Shown: in pieces, positions 18,600 through 26,902 of the stretch
How the letters are laid out: every line of letters begins with the position of its first letter
How positions within the stretch are numbered: the stretch's first letter is position 1
Assembly: GCA_964577595.1 (NCBI GenBank)
Contig: CAZNZK010000001.1
Coordinates: 140,430-204,429 of the forward strand
Direction of reading: 5' to 3'
From: an uncultured Candidatus Saccharibacteria bacterium
Lineage (GTDB): Bacteria > Patescibacteriota > Minisyncoccia > Phycocordibacterales > JAKAEA01
Length of the DNA stretch: 64,000 nucleotides
The notes under the pieces: model-generated
What the model was told of the DNA's origin: nothing
Databases searched by the model: none
The model's input: the letters and a program-made list of their open reading frames with translations, nothing else
Made by a program: the position numbers and the translations under genes

Positions 18600-18833
18600 A
18601 TGACCGCCAAAAAGTATCCGATTCGGGAAGGGGCGTTCCTTACCGTGTGTCTCCTTGGAACAGTCGGCTTGTTTGCCTTTTTGGGCTGGAAGCTCTGTGC
18701 CGCGGGCCATGCTTGGATCGGTCCTGTGTTTTTTGTGGTCGGTTTGTATCTTCTGTGGCTCCTCTTTATTGAGTCCTCCTCGCTTTATTACAATGTGATG
18801 CGACTCTGGCGTCACGATTCGACGGAGAAGTAA
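18600..18833 (+). CDS. Small membrane protein (2 TM)
   Basis: 77 aa from ATG with SD; promoter upstream and hairpin terminator downstream. Confidence 0.5.
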   Translation: MTAKKYPIREGAFLTVCLLGTVGLFAFLGWKLCAAGHAWIGPVFFVVGLYLLWLLFIESSSLYYNVMRLWRHDSTEK

Positions 18834-18849
18834 CCGACTAGAGACGAAA

Positions 18850-18892
18850 ATAAAAGTGCTGGGTACTCCACCCGGCACTTTTCTTTTATTTA
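18850..18892. terminator. Bidirectional terminator (AGTGCTGGGT-actcc-ACCCGGCACT with T-tracts on both sides)
   Basis: 10-bp stem; T-runs on both strands. Confidence 0.6.
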
Positions 18893-19216
18893 AATTGTAG
18901 GCGGTTGCGCGTATGAAAAATGCGGAATTTCATATTCAAAGAAAAATACTTGTGCAAAAGGCGAAAGAATTGGGCTGGCAGAAAAAGTGAGGCGGTGATG
19001 GCCGGCCGGCAGTGCGAGAACAGCTGCGCCAGCTTTTAACATGACCCGAACAAGCTGGGGTTCGGAAAGAGCAACTTCTTCCCGGCCGTTGTTTTCCAAA
19101 AGAACGGCGTACACAAGTGTGCGGCCTGCTTCTTCTACGCGGGCGAAACGAACGTATTGTTTTTTATAAGGGATGAGCATGCTTTTAATACTATTTTTTA
19201 TCGCTAGAGGGTGCAC
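18890..19216 (-). CDS. Hypothetical protein between grpE and dnaK
   Basis: 108-aa ORF overlapping the grpE 3' end by 26 nt; no recognisable motif; occupies the slot where hrcA is not found. Confidence 0.3.
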   Translation of the reverse strand: MHPLAIKNSIKSMLIPYKKQYVRFARVEEAGRTLVYAVLLENNGREEVALSEPQLVRVMLKAGAAVLALPAGHHRLTFSASPILSPFAQVFFFEYEIPHFSYAQPPTI

Positions 19217-19790
19217 TGTATTCTCCCACCTTTACTTGGGCTGGGCGAATGACTTTGTCCCGTAGGGTATATCCTTTTTGGACTACTTCCACAACAGTAT
19301 GCTCTTGAGCTTGGTCGGCTACAGGCACCGTACTTATAGCAGTGTGCTTGAAAGGGTCTAATTTCTCGCCTTTAGGATCAAATGATTTGAGGCCAGAACG
19401 TTCCAGAGCGCTCATGAGTTGGGCGTAGATATACTCAACTCCTTGGCGCCAGTTTTTGTCGGCTTTTTCCCAAGCTTCTTTATTGGCGAAGGCCATGGTG
19501 AAGCTGTCTAGGGCGGGCAAAAGTTCAAAAATTAAATCTTCGTTGGCGAATTTTACGAGCTCGGCGCGGCTTTCCTCTTCGCGTTTGCGGGCGTTCACAA
19601 AATCGGCTTTAGAGCGTTGCCAACCTTCTAAATATTCTTGCTTTTCAGCCAGGGCTTTTTTGAGTTTTTCGCGTAAATCCTTGACGGTGTCTTTTGTGCC
19701 AGCGGTATTCCCTTCCCCGTCTTCAGGGACGAATTCTTCAACGACCTCCTCATTTTCGGGGGCTTTGTTTGTATCAGTTTCGGGATCCAT
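19191..19790 (-). CDS. grpE: Nucleotide exchange factor GrpE
   Basis: 199 aa; acidic N-terminus, coiled-coil and C-terminal GrpE beta domain. Confidence 0.85.
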   Translation of the reverse strand: MDPETDTNKAPENEEVVEEFVPEDGEGNTAGTKDTVKDLREKLKKALAEKQEYLEGWQRSKADFVNARKREEESRAELVKFANEDLIFELLPALDSFTMAFANKEAWEKADKNWRQGVEYIYAQLMSALERSGLKSFDPKGEKLDPFKHTAISTVPVADQAQEHTVVEVVQKGYTLRDKVIRPAQVKVGEYSAPSSDKK

Positions 19791-19798
19791 GAGGCCTT

Positions 19799-19826
19799 AT
19801 TTTATCGGATTTTCAAGTTGTGTCAA
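19799..19826 (-). promoter_or_regulatory. Putative promoter TTGACA-16-TAAAAT ending 8 nt before the grpE ATG (near-leaderless arrangement)
   Basis: Hexamers read on the minus strand; no CIRCE inverted repeat visible. Confidence 0.4.
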
Positions 19827-19830
19827 TAAA

Positions 19831-19858
19831 AAAACCGCCGGTTGAAGGGCGGTTTTTT
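19831..19858. terminator. Bidirectional terminator (AACCGCC-ggttgaag-GGCGGTT flanked by A7/T6) after rpsI
   Basis: Stem-loop with poly-U on the minus strand directly downstream of the rpsI stop. Confidence 0.65.
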
Positions 19859-19901
19859 GCGTGTACGTTTTGGAGTTCCTGAAAGTGGTGCTCCATCAAA
19901 A

Positions 19902-20312
19902 CTAACGTTTTGACCACTGCGGAGCCTTACGGGCTTTCTTGAGGCCAAATTTGCGGCGTTCTTTGGCGCGAGGGTCGCGCTTAAGATAACCGGCTTTTTT
20001 GAGTTTCGGACGAAGTTCTTTATCGAGATCAATAAGGGCGCGGGCAATACCGTGGCGTACGGCAACAGCTTGGCCATTCATACCGCCGCCGTTAACGTGG
20101 GCGGTAACAGTAAAGTGCAGGACGTTGGCACCATCACGAGCTGTGCTAAAAGCACCCGTGACGATTTTCTGTTGCTCAGCGGTAGGAAAATAGCTGTCTA
20201 AATCACGGCGATCGTTGATAAGGAAGCTGGTTTTTGCAGCGGGGGTCAAGCGAACGCGGGCGATGGCGTTTTTGCGGCGGCCGACTGCTTCTATGTATCG
20301 TGTTTCGGGCAT
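19902..20312 (-). CDS. rpsI: 30S ribosomal protein S9
   Basis: 136 aa; …GRRKNAIARV…GGG…GQAVA…GIARAL… ending …KARKAPQWSKR. Confidence 0.95.
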   Translation of the reverse strand: MPETRYIEAVGRRKNAIARVRLTPAAKTSFLINDRRDLDSYFPTAEQQKIVTGAFSTARDGANVLHFTVTAHVNGGGMNGQAVAVRHGIARALIDLDKELRPKLKKAGYLKRDPRAKERRKFGLKKARKAPQWSKR

Positions 20313-20322
20313 GATGATTAGA

Positions 20323-20697
20323 TTATTCGGAAATAGTTAGATGTTTCAGCATATCTTTCTGAAGCTTGTTTTTCGGCAACATACCGGCGATAGCGCGACG
20401 GAAAAGCTCGCTATAGCCTTTCTTGCCGATAACCTGAGCGACGGTGGGAGTTTTGATACCGCTCGGGAAACCGGAAAAGCTCGCGTGGAGTTCTTCTTTC
20501 ATTTTATTTGCGGACACATCGGCCTTACTGGCATTGATGATTTGCACACTAATGCCGGGGGCGCGATTACGCACAAAGCTGGTGGTTTGTTTGCCCATAA
20601 GAAGCTTGGCGACGGTGCTGGCGACGCGGCCGACTTTTTGGCCAGAAGCGTCGATTTTGTGGTTCTTTTGTTCGGTTGTAAGAGTAGTTTCAGACAT
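20323..20697 (-). CDS. rplM: 50S ribosomal protein L13
   Basis: 124 aa L13-like sequence directly upstream of rpsI. Confidence 0.85.
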   Translation of the reverse strand: MSETTLTTEQKNHKIDASGQKVGRVASTVAKLLMGKQTTSFVRNRAPGISVQIINASKADVSANKMKEELHASFSGFPSGIKTPTVAQVIGKKGYSELFRRAIAGMLPKNKLQKDMLKHLTISE

Positions 20698-20702
20698 AAA
20701 AA

Positions 20703-21062
20703 TTAGACGAATTCTACGTGGGCCATATTGCTACCGTCGCTGATGCGGCGGGCCATGTGAATGATGCGGACATAACCGCCGGCGCGCTTGGCGAATTTTG
20801 GTGAGAGGACCTCGGCCACTTTTTTACCGGCTTCAGAACCTATTTGGCCAACCAAGAAACGGCGGCTTGCTAATGTGGCCTTGCCATCAACCGACTTACC
20901 GCGGGTAATAAGCTTTTCCACGAATGGGCGGAGCTCTTTAGCTTTTGCCTCGGTGGTTTGGATCTTTTCGCGGATAACGAGCTCACGAGCCAACGAGCGC
21001 AAAAGAGCGCGGCGTTGACCGGATTCGCGACTTAATTTTCTGTTGGCATTGTGATGGCGCAT
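20703..21062 (-). CDS. rplQ: 50S ribosomal protein L17
   Basis: 119 aa; MRHHNANRKLSR…LRSLA…L… typical L17. Confidence 0.9.
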   Translation of the reverse strand: MRHHNANRKLSRESGQRRALLRSLARELVIREKIQTTEAKAKELRPFVEKLITRGKSVDGKATLASRRFLVGQIGSEAGKKVAEVLSPKFAKRAGGYVRIIHMARRISDGSNMAHVEFV

Positions 21063-21092
21063 GTTGTTGGCGGTTCAGTGTATCAGATATTC

Positions 21093-22067
21093 TTAACTTT
21101 TCAAAACGATGCCGAATTCACCGAGGGCTTTCTTGATTTCCTGCAGGCCCTTGGTGCCAAGACCTTCTACTTCAAGAATGTCCTGCTCACGCTTGCGGCT
21201 GAGGCCGCCGACGGTGCGGATATTGGCGTTTCCAAGAGCGTTCAGGGTGCGGGCGGAAAGGCCAAGAGATTCAATGCGGGTTTTCAGAACTTCAGCATCA
21301 ACGGCGCGGCCGGTGGTGGTGGAGGTGGTTTCTTCGGCACCACCCTCTTCTTCGCTCGCGGCCACAGCCTCCTCTTCTTTGAAGCCGATAATAGCCTTAA
21401 GTTGGGTGATCATAATTTCAATGGATTTTTCCAAGGCTTGGCGCGGAGGAATAGTGCCATCGGTTTCAATAGAAAGGCGCAAACGATTGAAGTCGGTGCG
21501 GTCACCAACGCGCATGTCTTCTACTTCATAAAAGGCGCGGCGAATCGGCGTAAAGTTAGCATCAGGAGTGATGGAACCGATATCAACACGGGTTTTCAGG
21601 AGTTCGTCTTTGGAAACGTAGCCGAGGCCGCGTTCAATGCGAATTTCTATTGAAATGCCGGAATTTTTGTCGGTCAAGTGGGCAATAACAAGCTCGGGGT
21701 TGAGGATTTCTACTTGGCCAGTCACTTTGATATCCCCGGCAGTGACAGCTTTGGCGCCTTTTACATCAAGTGAGAGAGTTTGCGGCTCATCGCTATCAAG
21801 TTTAAAGCGAATTTTCTTCATGCCGAGGATAATAGTGATGACATCCTCCTTAACGCCTTCAATGGTGGAGAATTCGTGGCTGACACCGGCGATTTTCAGC
21901 GAGGTGATGGCACAGCCTGGCAAGGAGGAAAGCATGATGCGGCGCAGGGAGTTACCCAGGGTGTGGGCATAACCACGGTAGAGACCGTCAATTTCGTAGA
22001 CGCCGACTGGGCCGTTTTCACTAACGACACGAGGCTTGGAGGGGAGAACGATGTTTACGTCAGGCAT
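21093..22067 (-). CDS. rpoA: DNA-directed RNA polymerase subunit alpha
   Basis: 324 aa; N-terminal assembly domain and C-terminal HhH alpha-CTD (…LSARTLNALGNANIRTVGGL…). Confidence 0.9.
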   Translation of the reverse strand: MPDVNIVLPSKPRVVSENGPVGVYEIDGLYRGYAHTLGNSLRRIMLSSLPGCAITSLKIAGVSHEFSTIEGVKEDVITIILGMKKIRFKLDSDEPQTLSLDVKGAKAVTAGDIKVTGQVEILNPELVIAHLTDKNSGISIEIRIERGLGYVSKDELLKTRVDIGSITPDANFTPIRRAFYEVEDMRVGDRTDFNRLRLSIETDGTIPPRQALEKSIEIMITQLKAIIGFKEEEAVAASEEEGGAEETTSTTTGRAVDAEVLKTRIESLGLSARTLNALGNANIRTVGGLSRKREQDILEVEGLGTKGLQEIKKALGEFGIVLKS

Positions 22068-22111
22068 AAAAATAAGATTAATAAATAATGATTAATAAAC
22101 AAAAATAGGGG

Positions 22112-22717
22112 CTAGCGACTGTAGAATTCCAGCACCGCGTCGATGTCAAACATCAATTCCTGGCTGCCAAATTGCGGCGCGGCCTTGATGGTGATGCTTT
22201 TCTCTCCAGGATTTACCGCGAGCCATGCGGGAGCCTGGAAATTATTCAAACGCTCGGGAAGGCCGTTGAAAAGTGACTTGCTCTTACTGCCCTCGCGAAT
22301 AGAAAGGACGTCGGCAACTTCCACACGATAGGAAGGAATGGTGACACGCTTGCCGTTAACGGTAATGTGGCCATGGGAAACCATTTGGCGGGCGGCCAGG
22401 CGACTATTGGCAAAGCCTGAGCGGAGAATGGCGTTGTCTAGGCGGCGTTCCAGAAAATCAAAAAGAATACCCTGGTTACTACCTTTTTTAGACAGGGCTT
22501 TTTTAACGTAATTGCCGAACTGCTTTTCGCTCAAAGCGTAAGAAAAACGGGCCTTCTGCTTTTCCAAAAGTTGGATACCGTAATCGCTGCGCGGGCCGCG
22601 GCCTTTCTTTTCTTTGCCTTTGCGGGCAAGAGAAATGGCGTATTTCGGGCTCTGAGTTTTTTCAAACACAGGAGCGTTGAGGCGACGGGCAATTTTGTAT
22701 TTAGGGCCGATGATCAT
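22112..22717 (-). CDS. rpsD: 30S ribosomal protein S4
   Basis: 201 aa; S4 domain (…RLDNAILRSGFANSRLAARQMVSHGHITVNGKRV…). Confidence 0.9.
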   Translation of the reverse strand: MIIGPKYKIARRLNAPVFEKTQSPKYAISLARKGKEKKGRGPRSDYGIQLLEKQKARFSYALSEKQFGNYVKKALSKKGSNQGILFDFLERRLDNAILRSGFANSRLAARQMVSHGHITVNGKRVTIPSYRVEVADVLSIREGSKSKSLFNGLPERLNNFQAPAWLAVNPGEKSITIKAAPQFGSQELMFDIDAVLEFYSR

Positions 22718-22735
22718 GGTAATAAAATTAATATT

Positions 22736-23173
22736 TTATACGCGACGAGGTTTCTTAGGCTTCGGGCCGTTAAAAGGCACTGGCGTGGCATCTTTAATGG
22801 AAGTGATGCCGATGGACTTTGAGATGAATCCTCTAATAGCAGATTCGCGGCCAGAGCCAACGCCTTTAACGACGACAGCCACTTCCTTAATGCCAAGGGC
22901 CTGGGCTTTAAGGCCAACTGTCTCCCCCACCTTAGCGGCGGCAAACGGTGTGCCTTTTTTAGCACCGGCAAAACCAAGCGTGCCACTGGAGCTGGCGGCA
23001 AGAGCATTACCTGCGCCGTCGGTTAGGAGCACCTTAGTGTTGTTGTAGGTGGATTGCACGTTTAAGATACCGAAGTCGTAGTGCTTCTTAATATTGGCGG
23101 CATTGGGTGTAGTGCCGCTCTGAGCAGTTTTCTGCTCAGATTCTCCCTTAGTGATGATGCGTTTCTTTCCCAT
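22736..23173 (-). CDS. rpsK: 30S ribosomal protein S11
   Basis: 145 aa; …FNNT.V…GNA….SSGTLGFAG….TPFAA… S11 signature. Confidence 0.9.
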   Translation of the reverse strand: MGKKRIITKGESEQKTAQSGTTPNAANIKKHYDFGILNVQSTYNNTKVLLTDGAGNALAASSSGTLGFAGAKKGTPFAAAKVGETVGLKAQALGIKEVAVVVKGVGSGRESAIRGFISKSIGITSIKDATPVPFNGPKPKKPRRV

Positions 23174-23212
23174 AATAATATAATGATTTGGTCGTTAAAG
23201 TAGTGCTGGATT

Positions 23213-23596
23213 TTATGTCTTTTCAACCTTGCGGCGACCTGAACCCATTGTCTTCTTGGGACCTTTAAGGGTGCGGGCGTTGGTTTTGGTGCGTTGGCCG
23301 CGGGCCGGAAGGTGGCGAGCATGGCGAGTCCCGCGGTAGCTCTTGATATCCTTGAGGCGCTTAATGTTGGCGGCTTTGTCGCGACGTAACTCACCTTCAA
23401 CCTTGTAGCCACCCTGCTCAATAGCGGCGCGGATTTTGTTCTCATCGTCAACTGTGGCATCTTTGGGCTTTTTGGCGAGATCAATGCCGGCTTTTACCAA
23501 GATGCTTTTAGCGCGCGGACGACCAATACCATAGATAGTAGTAAGCGCAATGTCCATGCGCTTATTGTCGGGGAGGGTAATACCTTGGATTCTCAT
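23213..23596 (-). CDS. rpsM: 30S ribosomal protein S13 (start at internal ATG MRIQG…)
   Basis: S13 sequence MRIQGITLP…IYGIG…; the ORF track begins 22 codons upstream, but the conserved N-terminus starts at 23596. Confidence 0.85.
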   Translation of the reverse strand: MRIQGITLPDNKRMDIALTTIYGIGRPRAKSILVKAGIDLAKKPKDATVDDENKIRAAIEQGGYKVEGELRRDKAANIKRLKDIKSYRGTRHARHLPARGQRTKTNARTLKGPKKTMGSGRRKVEKT

Positions 23597-23619
23597 GGGA
23601 ATGATTAAAGATTTTTGAA

Positions 23620-23739
23620 TTATGAACCTTGACGTTGCTTGTGGCGCGGGTTGGCTTTGCAAACTACATAGATATACCCTCTTCGGCGTAAGACCTTGCA
23701 GTGGTTACAGATTTTCTTAACGGATGCTTTAACTTTCAT
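23620..23739 (-). CDS. rpmJ: 50S ribosomal protein L36
   Basis: Not in ORF track (<60 aa). Minus-strand translation gives [39 protein letters not shown] (C-x2-C…C…H zinc ribbon) between infA and rpsM. Confidence 0.85.
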   Translation of the reverse strand: MKVKASVKKICNHCKVLRRRGYIYVVCKANPRHKQRQGS

Positions 23740-23759
23740 ATGGATGTAAAATAAAAAAT

Positions 23760-24008
23760 TTAGAGCCGCTTAATGATTCGGCCCTTGCCGCCGTAAGGTT
23801 CAATCTCAACCGTCACCCTGTCGCCGATAATAACCCTGATGTGATTCATGCGCATTTTGCCGGCCAAATACGCAAGCTTCTCTTCGTCGGAGTCGTCAAA
23901 CTTAACACGAAACAAAGTATTAGGCAAGGTCTCCACAACCGTAGCCTCAGCCGTCTGTGGTTTGGGGGCCCGGCCGCCACCAGGTGCTTTATTTGAGGGG
24001 GTATCCAC
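23760..24008 (-). CDS. infA: Translation initiation factor IF-1
   Basis: 82 aa S1-like OB fold (…[12 protein letters not shown]…[27 protein letters not shown]) with a short N-terminal extension. Confidence 0.9.
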   Translation of the reverse strand: MDTPSNKAPGGGRAPKPQTAEATVVETLPNTLFRVKFDDSDEEKLAYLAGKMRMNHIRVIIGDRVTVEIEPYGGKGRIIKRL

Positions 24009-24099
24009 GATTTTTTACAGCGAAAAGTACGAAAATAAGAGTGCCTTGTTATCGTAGCAGAAAAGGCCCTTTCTTGTCAATCCCCAGGCCTCCGAAGGG

Positions 24100-25548
24100 C
24101 TATTGGGGTATGGTTATGCTTATGTTTTTAGGGCTTGTTGGGAAGGATTGTTGCCAAAAGGGCTCTATGCTAAGCGTGGCGTTGATAATCCCGGGAAAAC
24201 TGTTTAAAGTGGGGATGAAATCGTTTTTTGGCTTACCAGCGAGGTTTTCTTGGATTTTTTGAATATCAGTAGCGGCCACAAGGTTGACTGTGCCGTTGAT
24301 TTTAAAGGGCATAGAGGGTGTTGTCCAGAACATGCCACTAGAGGTTGATGTGGCGGTAGTAATGGCAAAATCCAGACCAGAAATAGTATCTAATTTCCAA
24401 ATGATACCAGCAGAAGAAGAGGCTTCCGTCCCGGCAAAGGCCTGGGCAAGCTTAGTGCTGTCAAAAGCAAACGCTCGAATAGTTCCCTCTTCACTGACCA
24501 CAGCTTCGCTGGAAGACGCCGCTGTCGTAGGTTGGTGAGTGTAGTTGACTATGTAGGCGTTGGGTAGGAGTACGTCGCCAGGCGGCACTTGCTGACCAGC
24601 TTCTTGAAGTAAGCTGCCCTCAAGCTCGGCGTCAATGGTTGCTTGTGCCGCCGCAAGGGTGCCAGGATCTACCTGAGGTTGAATACCAGAAAAACCTCCT
24701 GCCATTGCTGTTTTAGAACGAGCATACATTCCAGTGTATGCTGGCGTACCAGAAAGGCCGGGGATGGCAAAATCACTCAACCCGATATTGTATTGATTTC
24801 CTGGTTTATCGGCAATAATTGTGGCGGTAATGCTACCGGGAGCTTTTTCTGTTTTGCCAGGAACAGTAATGGCACTTGTAGTGCGATAAATTAAGCCGCT
24901 CGGCGTACTAAAACGAGTGCCGACGATTAGTTTCTGAGGCGAACTACTATACGCGTTGAAGACGATAATTTGGCCGGTGGCTTTTGTTTGCGTGGTTGTT
25001 TGGCCTGTGGAAACAACCGACATTGCGCCGTCCTTGGTTATTGAGATGACAGTGAACGGAATAGCTGTGGCGGTTGAGATGGAAGAAGTGGCATTTTGCG
25101 GGGTTCCAATAAATTGGTTATTAAGCGTTAGGGTTTCAGTTTTGGGCGTTATGGTGACCGTCGCTTTGGCGTACTGTGACAGCACTATATAGGTGCCGGC
25201 AATCATTGCGAGAGCACAGACGAAAACAACACTTGCTTTCCAAGGGAAACGACGACGATAGGGGTCGCGCTCTTCATAAAAGGGTACGCGACGCATTGGG
25301 GGTGGTGGTGTTGACTGGCGAGAGGCTATTTTGCGGGGCGGTTCCTCTCTGCTGGGGGTAAGAATTTCAGCACCTTCCGGTTCATCGTCTGGTACGCGTA
25401 AACGGCGAGAGCCCGCTCTCGTAGCGCGAGGTTCTGTTGCTGGTTCGGCAATATTCTCGCCTCGGCGACTGGTACGGTTGGGTACGGGCACCCGCGTAAT
25501 GGAGCGTCGGTCTGGCGGAACGATATCTTGGAAAAGAGGTTTGGCCAT
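24100..25548 (-). CDS. Single-pass membrane protein: R/P-rich cytoplasmic N-terminus, TM, about 350-aa Thr/Ser-rich extracytoplasmic domain
   Basis: 482 aa; TM WKASVVFVCALAMIAGTYIVL at about 113-135; no catalytic motifs; immediately downstream of the actin-fold ATPase gene. Confidence 0.45.
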   Translation of the reverse strand: MAKPLFQDIVPPDRRSITRVPVPNRTSRRGENIAEPATEPRATRAGSRRLRVPDDEPEGAEILTPSREEPPRKIASRQSTPPPPMRRVPFYEERDPYRRRFPWKASVVFVCALAMIAGTYIVLSQYAKATVTITPKTETLTLNNQFIGTPQNATSSISTATAIPFTVISITKDGAMSVVSTGQTTTQTKATGQIIVFNAYSSSPQKLIVGTRFSTPSGLIYRTTSAITVPGKTEKAPGSITATIIADKPGNQYNIGLSDFAIPGLSGTPAYTGMYARSKTAMAGGFSGIQPQVDPGTLAAAQATIDAELEGSLLQEAGQQVPPGDVLLPNAYIVNYTHQPTTAASSSEAVVSEEGTIRAFAFDSTKLAQAFAGTEASSSAGIIWKLDTISGLDFAITTATSTSSGMFWTTPSMPFKINGTVNLVAATDIQKIQENLAGKPKNDFIPTLNSFPGIINATLSIEPFWQQSFPTSPKNISITIPQ

Positions 25549-25580
25549 AGCGGAGCTTAGTATAACACGTCAGCTTATTT

Positions 25581-26813
25581 TCAACTGATTTTATTGCCGA
25601 AGAAAATCGCTTCTAATGCTAGGGCCGGGTCGATCGCCCCAGGCAGGGTTTTATCGTGCCATTCGGTTTGAATAAAAGGGGCAATGGTGTCATCTGCGAC
25701 GATAGTTACATCAAAAGGGCCCTTGAATAGGGCTGGACCAATGTCGGCACGGTTCAAAACGCCACTTAAAAAAGATGCGAGTGTGGTGTCAACGGTTACA
25801 AATGCTCGCTTCGGCAGGTTGTATTTCTTACTGACGGCGGAAAGCGTCTGATTAAAAGCACTCGTCCATTGATCGCTTGCGACTTGTAAGGCTTTTTCCA
25901 CCTCAGCCAAGGTGCCTTTTTCCAGAGTTCCGTCTGAACGCATCCGTATCAGAGAAAGAGCGGTTTCGGCGGACGTCTTCATGCTGTCAACTAACAGGCG
26001 AAGAATAGTGGCTCGGCCAAAAGGAAAAGAAACAATTTCGGTGATGGCTCCGCGCACTGTTATGGTGAGGTCGGTAGTTTCGCCACTAACATCCAGAAAA
26101 ACAAAATTATTCACGTCCGGAAAAAGCGTGCGGACAGCATTCCAAGAAACCAGAGCGTAGGAAAAACACTGGATTTGGCGGATGTGAAAAATACGATAGA
26201 ACACATCTTCCACTAAGCGAAGGACTTTTTCGGAAATCAAACTCGTAAAAAGGGTTGTTTCAAAAAGCCGTCCCCACTTGCCGGCCGGATTTGCGACTTC
26301 GTAGCCGTTAATGGCGGTGTGCACTAAAGCCTGTTCCAACAGCATCACTTTGTTGCCAAAATATTTTTCGTACGAGCCATTTGCTAAAGCTTCGGCAAAG
26401 CGCACCTCCTCTTTATTAACCATTTCGTTTACTAAGGCATTATTTATGTGAAAGGGTGTTTCCGATTCCTTTTTAACGATGCTCGTTTGGGAAACATACC
26501 AGGGCGAGGAAAAGACAGAAACCACATGAGTAAAATGCATACTGCCCAGAATGTTCTTGGGAATCAAGGCAATAGCTTCCGTGCGGACGTGGGTTAATAC
26601 ACTTTTGAGGAGCTCAAGCATGCCCGCCAGGAGGCGTTCTTCGTTGACTTCTGGCAAGAATGTAAGTGGTTCACGATGGCTGTAGAGTACTGTGGGTTCG
26701 GGTCGAGTGTTGGAAATGGCTGGATTTTTACTCGGCTTCTTTTTTTCATAGCTCACCACAGCCGCCCCTATGGAGCCGTTGCCAATATCTAAAATGAGCG
26801 AGACCTCAGACAT
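25581..26813 (-). CDS. Actin-fold (ASKHA) ATPase, PilM/FtsA-like
   Basis: 410 aa; phosphate-1-like LILDIGNGSIGAAVV and phosphate-2-like FVFLDVSGETTDLTI motifs. Confidence 0.45.
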   Translation of the reverse strand: MSEVSLILDIGNGSIGAAVVSYEKKKPSKNPAISNTRPEPTVLYSHREPLTFLPEVNEERLLAGMLELLKSVLTHVRTEAIALIPKNILGSMHFTHVVSVFSSPWYVSQTSIVKKESETPFHINNALVNEMVNKEEVRFAEALANGSYEKYFGNKVMLLEQALVHTAINGYEVANPAGKWGRLFETTLFTSLISEKVLRLVEDVFYRIFHIRQIQCFSYALVSWNAVRTLFPDVNNFVFLDVSGETTDLTITVRGAITEIVSFPFGRATILRLLVDSMKTSAETALSLIRMRSDGTLEKGTLAEVEKALQVASDQWTSAFNQTLSAVSKKYNLPKRAFVTVDTTLASFLSGVLNRADIGPALFKGPFDVTIVADDTIAPFIQTEWHDKTLPGAIDPALALEAIFFGNKIS

Positions 26814-26840
26814 TCGCTAAATTATACCATATCAAATAAC

Positions 26841-26900
26841 GGCGAGATGACTTTTCTCGGGGGGATAAACGATGCAAGTCCCTACGAAAAGCTTTCTCGC
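26841..26900 (-). repeat. Copy 2 of the conserved hairpin element (…TTTTCTCGGGGGGATAAACGATGCAAGTCCCTACGAAAAGC…) at the alaS 3' end
   Basis: About 40-nt core with 2-3 mismatches versus the 8803-8867 copy; outer stem GGCGAGA/TCTCGCC; abuts the alaS stop codon. Confidence 0.5.
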
Positions 26901-26902
26901 CT

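Noticed and set aside
19790-19900. Search for a CIRCE/HrcA operator upstream of grpE
   Set aside because: No TTAGCACTC-N9-GAGTGCTAA-like inverted repeat is present. Only the rpsI terminator and a sigma70-like promoter are seen.
24040-24099. Candidate terminator hairpin downstream of the 482-aa membrane protein gene
   Set aside because: Pairing is weak (palindromic GGCC cores only) and there is no clean U-tract. It is not called.
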